DNA of 64,000 bases from Iphione sp. A-MEVVRFRX5 (taxonomy: Eukaryota), in NCBI GenBank assembly GCA_976226885.1, contig OZ320319.1, forward strand, positions 22,630,001 through 22,694,000, given 5' to 3'. This document shows positions 13,051 through 24,222 of the stretch, piece after piece. Made by a program: the position numbers and the translations under genes. The notes beneath the pieces are model-generated. The model saw only the letters and a program-made list of their open reading frames with translations, did no database searches and was not told the DNA's origin. How positions within the stretch are numbered: position 1 is the stretch's first letter; every line of letters starts with the position of its first letter.

Positions 13051-16000
13051 GTTTCATGATAATTAATGTCATGACTTCTGATATATTTTTGACTTCTCGT
13101 CAAGAGCAGAATGTACACTGAAAGAAAACCATACATCAAAATCATAAATATTTTATAAACAAATCAGCCTCTACGGTGCCACTAATGTCAAAGTATGAAT
13201 AGAATTTGTCATTAAGCTAAATTAACTTGCGATTTCAATAGGAAATACCCCCTTCTATAACCTCCTGCAAATACCTCCTTTCAACGTCAGGCTGGGATGG
13301 AAAATATGCTCATCCCCTTCACTGTTCCACTATCCAACCTGTCCTCCCATACCTAAATTACCACTTTACTCGAATCCCACCAAGATCCAACCCATTCTCC
13401 CATATGCTCGTAACCCCGCCGTTTCATCTTCCTCCTCTCTGACGTCTGCTACACCCACACCTACCTTCCATCTTGCACGTGACAGCCTTCTATACATGTA
13501 TAGTTGGCTGAAAGATGGCTTCAGGTTAGACAGCTGCTTCTGCCATTAAATATAAAGAAACAAGTTCAACTGTCGTCAGATTTTCCACGCGCATAACCAT
13601 TCAGGCTAAATTATACTAAAGATACCACCACACTTGGCTTTTCAAATCGTCCTGCACTTTTTCCACTAGAGTGTGTGTATTTCTCCGATATTCGTTTTAA
13701 TTATTTTTAATTCCCCTCCGGAAAGTTTGACCTTATGATTGGTATCTTTCGCTCCGTTTTTTCTATCTTTACCTTGCTTTCCTCTCCCAGTAACTTGCAC
13801 TGCTCCATGCAAGTGTATAGATTTACGGCGAGCAAATGCTCCTGTCGTACTATAGCTGCGAGTGAGCAGCAAAACTTTACAGAGCTATACTTTCTTTGTA
13901 GTCGAACTACAGACAAGCTCTAGCGCATTTTCTTCCTTGGGCCCTCACCTTTCATATGAACTTTGTTGCATCAAGATCTGACCACTATGAGGGAAGATAT
14001 GACTGTTTGACTAGCTTTGCTACCCATTTCATTGATTGTTCTATGGTCATCCTGCGCCCTATGATGATGCATTTGGGGATAGGTCCATTCCTTTATATCC
14101 TTTGATCCCATCTGTATCGTTGGTCCAAGGCGGTTTTTCCATGTACACGTTATTCTGCTTTAGATAAGTATCCATTTCAGATTTGATGGGTTATCACGCT
14201 TATTGATGCTTATGGAAGCAATAGATTTCAAGCAACCTGGACATATCGTGGTCATTAATTATCTCCCAAATTCGTCTGTTTCAGACAAAATGACTGCGTC
14301 TCCAGGTAAATGGAAAAACCACCTAACCGTTGACACCCTCCGTCTCCCCCCCAAACATCCACCACCCCGGTTGCTCATCATTGGCCTCCCATTCCTTCTC
14401 CAGTTTCTCTTCCATCACTTGACCCTATACCCACTCTCCCATTTTTCTTCGTATACGTTCCTGACCCTGCCTCACTAACATGCCGCCTCCCAATTACCCT
14501 TCAGTCTATCTCATTAGGTGCCTAGCAAGGATCCCTAAACCCTAAAATAAACTTCACGAGCCACACGACCCCCACCCATCCCAGTCACACCAATCGTCCG
14601 CAGTTTCTGACCCTAAGTGTTACTGATATGGTTTCGATTGATCCTCGGACGCGAATGAAGAGGGAGCTGTTTTGGATAAGGCAGGTTTCAAAATGGAGTT
14701 GCACGATCACTAACGCAAGGGATATGTCAGCAGGCTGTAATGCAGCTTCACAAAATGTTCTGGAAAATACATTCATATGCAAAACATGGCTTAAATCAGT
14801 GGCAAACCCCACGTGTGGGTCCAAAAAGAACTATGTGGAAGAAAATTACCTTGTATATAACCAATCCAACATCATTTGAATGATAATTTTTACCTTGAAC
14901 CTAACGCTTACCGTTAGGAACGTTTTCTTGTGCTAGGAACGTTATCATAAAGATACATTTGTGTCGTTTTCTTTTGCTCCATGTGATCTAGATACAAGGA
15001 TAAAGGATTGACATTACTTTGTAGAAGTCTCCTGCAGTTAAAAACTCTTTCTATTCAACTGTAAACGTGAAACCATGGTCTACTAAACCTGATTAGTTAA
15101 TCTCTTTGGGATTGAACATTTGCCTTCGTTAATATGTAATGATCGTTTTTGACTGTCTGCTTGGATTCTTGACAGTCTAAGAATGTAATGTTACTTTATT
15201 GACTTGATGGCTTCTACTGATTCCTGATGTCTCTGGCACTACGCGAGGAGCAAAAGCATCAATGTTCCAGCGATTCTTACACATTTTGCGTCATTCGTTT
15301 CTAGCCGTCTGGAGATCCAGCGCAGTAATCCACTTATTGGATTTATTCATCTTAGATCCTATTTCCAGATAGTTTATGTTCTGCGCCAGCGCACTGTCAC
15401 GCCGTCGGAAGTTTTACTGACAAACTGACGGACTGACGCAGATCACTGAACCCATCAGGGAAGAACAGGGGCAAGTAAATTGTTCAGTCATTTTTCTGAT
15501 TCTCAGCGAAGCTGTGTATCAGGCATCTTACCTGGCAATCATCGAAAACACTAATTAATTTACTTTGAATATCAACTGATCAAATTGAATTAGTGTTCAT
15601 ATTTTGAATGCCAGTCACAGACTTCGGCCACAGAGGCGATGATGAAGAGTTTACACGGCTTAATTTCTCTGACTGTCAAAAAAGTCGACAGTAATCGGCA
15701 TGATTAGTGGATTACGGAACTCCAAAACTGATCGACAACAACAACATACTAATTGATCATCCTTCGTTTAACAGTTCACCTATACCTGTAGATACATAGG
15801 GGAGAAAAGAGAGTGTATTGAATAAGAGAAGGGTCGACGTGGGAGCACAGTGTCAATTATCAGAAGACTGATTATCTATGGGACCAGGTAAATAGATGAC
15901 ATGAAAATGAGCAGCGCAGAAACTAGGCAACACGTTGTCCTAGCGACAGGGGATCAAAGTACTTAACTGGACGTGGGCAACAAAGTCAACAGGTGACATG

Positions 16001-17811
16001 AGAACTAGAAACAACCAGGGCAGCTGGATAGTAGAGAAATGAGCAAAATTTCATTTCATTTCATCGTATCTTTAACCAGGAACTAGATTTTCTCAGTAAA
16101 TAAGAGAAACCCTGGTCAGTAAGACCATTGGGAGACACAAAGACTGGAAGACAGCCGACGATCTGTAAAAGTATTAAATTCAAGAACAAGCAAATTAGAA
16201 ATCAATTGCAAGGATAATAGGCGTCGAGACAATAATGAGAAAGACAACAACCGCAAGGCAGTAAACCTAGAACAGGACAACAACACAGCATGACAACTGA
16301 GCGAGAGAAAATCTAGACAACACGTGAAACTCGTTGACAAGACAAAGGGTACTAAGAGTCCGACTTTTACGAGGAGGTTTTGATGTGTGTGAAGAGGGCA
16401 AGGGGTGGGGTTTCAGTGGTGGTTACCAATGACGGAGGGAGGAGGACGGAAAGGCGTACTACTCGAGGCTTTATTGGACAAAGATGAAGATGGAGGTGGA
16501 GCGTGGAGTTTAGGGTGGCACGTGTTCAATCGTGGGTGGGATCCTGCAGGACTGGCGTAGACGCCTGACGTCTAGCGGGAAGGTATGGCAGGGAGGAGAG
16601 CAAGAGAAAAGCGTATAGTCGTAATACAAGGAAAGAAACACTTAGATGGTAGTGGTGGGTTGGCAGTCATTAAATAGTTATAGTAAAAAAAACGAAACCT
16701 TGGCAGGTCAATGACCTTCCACAAGCGTAAGTTTTTATTCTCTTACTTCAATATAACTCGGAATGCTTCCTCAATAAACCACTTCTAACCATGATGGACT
16801 GGACAGGTGCAAAACTGAATAGCACCCGATAGGAACTATAATGAGAGAAGGAAGTCTTGTAAACGTACACTAATTAACGAACTTGTCTCCACACCTGCCC
16901 ATGGCATTAGAGACTAATTAAGAATTCCAAGATAACGGCAAGCGTCTAAAAATAGAGACGGAGGCCGGTAAACATGCACACCTGCCTGTAGTCATGTACT
17001 TCTTGGAGAGCAGGAGGGAAAAAAGGGGTGATTCAATGAAAAGTAAATCTAGAAAGATAATAAGGTTGAGATTGTAGGAGAAATACTTACGGGAAAGGAC
17101 AGCAGCCGATTCAAAGGCTTTGATGTTTTATGGAACGGTTAGAAAATAAAACTAAGACTCTCTCTCTCTCTATATATATGGATTCCCTTCGTCCTTCAGA
17201 TATATATCCAGATAAGAAGAAACCTGGATCTGATGAACTTAAAAATGCATAAGAATCACTGTGTTTCCTGAATATTCATCTGAATACGAAGAAGCTCCGG
17301 ATACAAAGTCTGTTCATAACAGGGGTTGACCATACAAGAACTAGTGGTATATATATACATATCTATGTATATTTTTATAGCATATCTGCCATCTTCACTC
17401 TATCTATATCTATAGGCTCTAAGGAATTTACTGAGCATTACCTTGTTAAATCCCGACCCTATGCATCCAATGTACCAGCCCCTACTCATTCAGTATCACA
17501 TGTAGAAAATATATGGATACCAGCGATAGATATCTATCAATGTAGCATACCATCACTTACACCAGCCCTACAATCACGAGGAGGAGCGACCATGTCTCAT
17601 ATAACATTCAGCACCACCTAGTGGCTGACCACTTCCCAAGGTGACTGTGAGGCCAGCTAAATTTCCATGTATACGTGTTTTTTTTCCCGTACTGTGTGAC
17701 TGTTTCGAAAATCGGCATATTTTTCGCAACCCCTGCAGAGGGGTGCTTTCCGTGTATATGTGTTTCTGTCTGCGTTTGTTAAAATGGTGTAGAAAGGCTG
17801 GTTGACGGGTG

Positions 17812-17815
<4 letters not shown>

Positions 17816-17871
<56 letters not shown>
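17816..17871. repeat. (GA)n microsatellite
   Basis: Pure GA run of about 28 units. Confidence 0.97.
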
Positions 17872-17876
<5 letters not shown>

Positions 17877-18524
17877 CTGTGTGCATGTGTGGGTTTAGCA
17901 TGTGTTTGCTGATTGGAAGGAATCCGACCCAAATCTGTGTAAATGGCGAGTTTTCTTGTGCGGATCGGAAGGAATTCCATCCAAATCTGTATAAACTGAG
18001 GGTTTTTTTTATGCAGATGAAATGCAAATTACAAAATATTTCACATCTATCATGTGATAGACTTTGTCTATCCCACGGAATACCCCCTACTTTCTATCCT
18101 ACTGGCCCTTGTGGGTCTCTGGAGTCCGGAAAGTCCGGAAAAGTGTAGTTTTACGGCCCAGGCTCGTTTTCGGTCGCCTGATGGGTCACTGTATCACTGA
18201 AAGAATTACCATACATTATCATATGTGAAAGAAAACGTAATACCGATGGTCGTATTAGGGGCATAGCCATGTCAGTTATGTGACTAAATAGAAATCTTGA
18301 AGAAATGCAAAAACACATGAACTCCAAAACATCCGTGTGTTTAACGTGTATAAATAGCAATTTTTTCACACATAAGTATCGATACATTTCTGTGTGTGAC
18401 CAAAAACACGTTTTTAAAGGTTGAAGATAGACAAATCAATAAAAGTTTGATACAACATTCCAGAGAGATCTGTCACTTAATGAACAGTTAGTGAAGCAGT
18501 TTGGCGCCGCTGGAGGGCGTCATG

Positions 18525-18538
18525 GTTACTATGGAAAC
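18525..18538. promoter_or_regulatory. RFX X-box-like motif in a small GC-rich island
   Basis: GTTACTATGGAAAC fits the X-box pattern GTHNYY-AT-RRNAAC. Motif match only. Confidence 0.3.
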
Positions 18539-21500
18539 CGATCGGCTCATCTGGCGTCTCATCAGACGCCATCAGGCCCGCAGCGACTGGTGCGTACGCA
18601 TCCAAACTGGCGTACCAAGTGCGTAGGTTTGGCTGCTACTCTGGGTTTTAATTATTTTGACGTCTTGTATTGCAGACTACTGATTTGGTCTTTTTTTAAT
18701 TTTCTTCTCTGTGCTCGTATTAGGTATGCTCATTTGCATCATATTTCTCTCGGTTTTTCTGGCCCCTTTCATCAGAGTATTCTTTTGTTTTGTCTCTGTT
18801 TTGTTTTTCGTCCTGGTCTTTTTACATGATCGGTTCACCTATGCCAAGTCCTTATCACTTTTGTCCCATCACTTTTCATCTCTTCCTTTTCTCTAATTTT
18901 TCCTAAAATTTTGTTTTATCTTACTCTTTTTAATTACCAGTGAAATTTCAGGTGACGCGTTTTGGGGCAAGCAATTCCATGTATGCTAGCAGTATGAGGG
19001 TTTGTCTGTGCCCCACTTTCGAAGTGGAAGTTATCCCAGAGATATGGGCTGATAATGCTTGATAAGACCTGATAAGACCTGATTAAATGATTACTAACGG
19101 AAAAATCATTATTTTCAAATTGAAATGATAAGGAATGTCAACAAAGACCACAAAATCAGGCCATAAATATATAATATTTATAATATTTTATATTTATATT
19201 TATAATATAAATTTGCTCTCATCATCCTGCCCTGTGCAGCCGGTGGCAGCAACTCTCACCATTCAAGCAGAGGTTTCTCCAGAACTAGCAGATATGTATA
19301 TAGAAGATATAGAGTCCCAGGCCTGTGTTTGGTCACCACCACCACAACCACTCTTGCTATCTCCTCCACCACCTCCTACAACAGCTCCTCCTCCTGCCAG
19401 TATGACACCCTCTTCACTGCCCCCACTGTCCCAATCATACGGACCCCAATAACATAATGAACAAAGAGGTACATAATGAAGAGGAGAGTGACATTGTCAA
19501 GATGTCAAGGGGTAATGCAGACTCCCTTAATCGCCGCAAGGAAAATTAATGGAAATGATTGAGGATTTGATAGATATATTATCTTTATGAAGTGTTTTTC
19601 TCTTCTTGACTTTTTATTATCCTTGGGGCTTTGAGGCCGTAGGACTGCTTGCAACAACATAAATATCGATGAAAATATTTCCCAAATAAAATTTTGAAGC
19701 CAGTGTGAGTTGTCCACGGTCTTACTTTATCCACTGAATGACACACATGACAATCCATCGGGGGTTAGGCGTGGAACTGCATAGTGTTCTAAATATAGGT
19801 TCCGCACTCAATGGAAGTTGTTGGATGTTCTTGAAAGAGTAAACATAGTTTGTATGAATATCGGGGTTGTTCCGGCAGATCATACCAGAAGAGAAGTCCC
19901 AATCTATCATCGACCATAAGTGTGCTCAGGAATAATCATCAGACAGATGAAAGAAATATAGGGACAACGTATTGAATAATTGTTGTTATAATGAATCTAC
20001 ACTTGTATATCGTATTTCTGAGTTTGTGAAACATCTGCGTAACATCGCTCACTCCACTAGGGCTCAAGGGTAGATAAGAATAGTCTGCCATGAATGAAAG
20101 ATACTTGCACTTGTAGTGTGCACTAATACCTACTTGGGCCTAAATTGAGTGAGAGCTACTCTTTCAAAAGGACCTAATCGTTGCTGATTCAGACACGTAC
20201 GCGCTGCAATATAATACCTAATTCACAACCAAACATTAATGCTTTCTGTTGATACTTCTTTGTGTTTTTTTTATTTCATCAAATTTTGTTTCTGCTATTT
20301 TTATTTGGTTCATTTTGTTTTAGTTCGTATGGGAAGCTAAATTTAGAGTTAGACATACTTTAAGAAGGATCTTTTTGTTGTTTCGTTCTTATATGAAGGG
20401 CTAATGTTTTCCGATAGGATGCCTCGTGACATTCTCTCAATGAAAGACCTTTAAATCTTAGACCAATATACAAAGAGTTATATATTCTGATTCAGCATGT
20501 CAAAGAGTGTCTGCTGCACTTTCTGTCTAGCTGATTCGCCTATTTTGACTGGGTGCCATTTCCAAAACGTTGGCCCAAAATTGGAAAGGTCCTGCTGCCA
20601 GTCCTCTGCCCCCCGCCTGCCCCTCCGCACCATCTACTCATACCCACTGGTGAACAAGACCGGGACGGACGTCAAATGATCGATAAGGCTATAAAGGTAC
20701 ACGCCAGCCTGAGTAATCCGGTCACATCGCTTCTCATCGGAAACTAGTCACCTGGTAAAGAAACGCCGTGCAGATGGATGTGCCAGGAGTTCCTCTTTTT
20801 TGGATGGTATTTAAGTAGAACACACATACAAATACACGTGCATGTATATACGCATTCAAGAATGTGTGTATGTGTGTGTATGTGTATATAGAGGAACATG
20901 CAGGTAAATATATTTCCAAAATTTATATCCACATCCTTTGCTGCGGGACGAGTGTCATTGTGACGTCATCACTCGCGTCACTCTGGTGACTATATCAGGC
21001 GCGACATATCTACAACCGTTGAGAATTCGCGTAATTAACAGGAAGGTCATGACATATATCATACCAAATTTCAATGAGAGAATTACTGGATTACCGATGT
21101 CGGAATTAACGATAACTCTACTGCTCTTGTCATAAAGCCGCGTGTCTCTCTCTTTCTCTCCGAGGACAGCCTACAAATTCTCCTCCTCCCAGACGCCCAC
21201 TCTCCTTCCATTACTCACCGACAGGGGGATCTAACCTTGTATTATGCCTCCCATTGGAGGGAAAACCCTCCCACCCCTCGGGTCACCCATATCTCAGCAC
21301 AGCTGTCGCGAGGTGGTCCTATCTTTCCTTATCAATCCCCTATCAGCGCAGCCAGAGGGGTCCTTTGATTGGACTGAATGGTGTTTATCAGATCAGTCCT
21401 CCCAGAATGCAGCCCGGCTTTGATCCGGTAGATGATCAAATCGCAGTCCGCTGCTGGAATCAGCTAGTAGTACCCTGGGCAGAAGCAGCAGCCGCAGCAG

Positions 21501-22258
21501 AGGAAGCAGCAACTGGACCAGATTTAGTAACAGTTTCGGTACCACATTACACCAATAGATGTACCATAAACCACACTGCAGCACATTGTTGCGAGAACGA
21601 CTGATCCAAGATGCCGAGATGATCTCATATTCATCCCAGCGATCACATCGGTCTTCTTCATTCTAGTACCGCCATCCATGAAAATGAAATGGCCAACTAT
21701 TTAAGTTTACATTGGTGCTTCGAGATGATGTTGTGGACGACACATTACAGCATGAAATATTGATCCCATGCCCAATACTATCAGTTGTTTATCCGGATGG
21801 TAATCCATACTCAGCCATCTGTCACCACCCTCTATGTGAAGAAAGTATCTTTATTGTAATATTTGTAGATAGTAACATTTGCACATGACCTAAAAACTAC
21901 ATGACAGCAAAAGATATTGATCCCAGGCCCCAAATCAACCCTTTGCCTATGTAAGAAAAGATCCAATGCTAATCATCGAATTAATCCAGTGACAGGACTG
22001 GTATGAAGTAACATTGGCCGGTCTAGTTAAGTTAATCTGGGTAACATCTTACAACAGAAACGGACTTTTTACCTGTGGTTACCGCTATTTAACTATCCAT
22101 ATTTATGACATTGCCAACACGAAAACTTCCAACATCTACCTTGTTATATAACAGTCACCTATACAATAGAATCTCTATTTGCTACCAGTGTAATTTCCAA
22201 CCATTCTGAAATAATATTGAACTTCTGACTTTTGGAATGTGTATCCAACACCCAAAAT

Positions 22259-23083
22259 TGTAAAGGACGAGGCCTGTAGTAGGGAGTTTGTAGTAGACTT
22301 CAGTATAGGATTTAAGGTAGGATTAAGAGCAGCCTCTGGCAGATAATAGGTAGGGAAACTTTTAACAAGCAATGACATGTGGCTAGCTAGAGCTCTGCTG
22401 TGAATCAATATAGAATCAATATCATGTATGAGTCTCATTAACCAAGGATATCATTCAGTGGGGTTCTCATTAAATAGAATTAAGCAGGATAGACAGGGGG
22501 CATGGAGAGATCACCACTGGTTGGAGCTGATATATCGTATCAGGAAATGATGAAACAAGGGCTGAGAAGGGTTTTACTTGGAGGTGAAGCATGGGTCATG
22601 AGCATTTAGCAGTATGGTATGACGTGATAGTAGAACAACAGACCATTCTGGTTCAATAAGGATATGCTGGCTCTAGTTAATAACTTGTATAATCCAGAAC
22701 TGATTGACGTCAGCAAGGTTTGGTTAAGATCACGTTGTTGGAAAGTGTCTGTATGTAGCTGTATATGCAAATATGATGATTTGATGAAATAAAAGTAAGA
22801 GCAGACTGACACTGACAGCATTCACAGAGACAGAGACTGGCTGAGCAGACCCCCTGATACGACAAGACATGGAACGACCAGGACTGAGGCTCATATTGCT
22901 ATGACATAGGTGTTGAGTGAAATTATTGGTGGGACTTCCCACTAGTATGTGATTAAGGAGAAGACAGGTAGGTCCTTCTACTTCATCTGTAGGTGTGGAT
23001 TAGCAACCCACAGGTAGCCTCTGGTGATGGAGATGCGTCCTGCCCCTGTGAGGAAACCTGGAGGAGGAACTGGTGTCCTTACA
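22259..23083 (+). repeat. 5' LTR (825 bp)
   Basis: Starts TGTAAAGGAC and ends GTCCTTACA (near-perfect terminal inverted repeat); AATAAA at 22788-22793; matches 30913-31737 except at 7 positions counted by eye. Confidence 0.97.
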
Positions 23084-23087
23084 GTTT

Positions 23088-23105
23088 TGGCAACGAGGAT
23101 GGGAT
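23088..23105 (+). other. Primer binding site, tRNA-Ser(GCU)-like
   Basis: TGGCAACGAGGATGGGAT lies 4 nt after the LTR and matches 17/18 to the complement of the metazoan tRNA-Ser(GCU) 3' end as I recall it (TGGCGACGAGGATGGGAT). Confidence 0.8.
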
Positions 23106-23239
23106 GTCATGGAAGTAAGGAGAGGAGAGGAAACTCCCCAGCCATGTGGTGCAAGTAAGTGGAATCACGCCATTTCGCAAGTAAGTGTTGTGAAGGAAAG
23201 AGTGAAGCAGTGAGCAGTATAGACAGATAGACAGCAGTC

Positions 23240-24222
23240 ATGGCACAGGCCCAACCAGCAGCAGCCGAACAGGGCGGCATACAGCAATGCAGGCTAACCT
23301 CAGAGAGTATACAAAACGAATGAGCCCTTGTGATGGAAAGGCTAGGGACGAGGTGAGGAAGTTCATTGAGGATTTGGAAGCAATCAGACAGTGGTTAGCA
23401 GCCCCTGATGCCATGTTACTCCCTGTACTGGGATATCTGACTAAAGGAACACTAAGATCTAGCATCCAGACATTTCTAGCAGGGAACCAGCTGGGGCAAC
23501 AGGCTACATGGCCCCAAGTAAAGGCCCATATAATAGCCACCTTTTTAGAAGAGGATGAAATGGAATTCAGACGCAATGAGCTAGAGAAGATGAGACAGAG
23601 GCCATATGAAACTTTAAGAGAGTATGGACAAGGATTTTTAGAGGCCATGAACAGGGCATACACCCCAGTTCAATTGCAGGACCCTTTAACAAGAGCACGG
23701 GTTATAAGGTTTTACATCCAAGGTATCAGCGATAGAAACATAAGAGAGAAAGTCCATCTCGTACGGCCTGCCACAATACCAGTTGCCATGGCACGTGCGA
23801 ACGATGTAGCCAGGTCGGTGACCCTGGCTAAAGAAGAGAATAGGGGCCCATGGCCAGGAGAGCAAGAGAAGGGGAGGAAGGAAGAACCCATGGAGATTAA
23901 CCTGGTTAGTGCAGGAGGGCAGTTAGGGGACAAGAAGTCGACTGAGGAAGTCATTGAAGAACTGAAAAGGCAGGTACGAGGGCTGCAGAAGCAGGTGACG
24001 AAACTAAGTAAGAAGGAGCCGGGGTCTGCACCACTACCATCACCAGTGCCCCACCAACCCCGTGTCCCCACTGCACAAGCCAGGCCAGACAGAAGACGCT
24101 GGGATGAGAATGGGACCCCCTATTGTCTGAGATGCGGGAGGCTAGGACATATTAGTCGCGAATGTGGAGGCAGAGCACCAAACCAAGTGAATGAGGTCAG
24201 TGAAGACAGTCAGGGAAACTAG
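23240..24222 (+). CDS. gag: Gag. Open frame from ATG 23287 (311 aa); probable original start at ATG 23240 cut off by a 1-nt deletion
   Basis: C-terminal CCHC knuckle CLRCGRLGHISREC, an EPMEIN motif, a retrotransposon capsid-like helical region, and position directly after the PBS. Confidence 0.9.
24213..24219 (+). promoter_or_regulatory. -1 programmed ribosomal frameshift slippery heptamer G GGA AAC
   Basis: X XXY YYZ heptamer in the gag frame immediately before the gag TAG. The -1 frame (GGG AAA CTA GGT GCC GTG) runs open into the pol ORF. Confidence 0.85.

Noticed and set aside
20930-22250. Possible older LTR and gag-protease remnant hosting the young provirus
   Set aside because: Only vague Gln-rich and protease-like hints; no PBS, second LTR or clear motif.
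22175-22942. Minus-strand ORFs duplicated at 30670-31596
   Set aside because: They recur only because the LTR is duplicated; no coding features.
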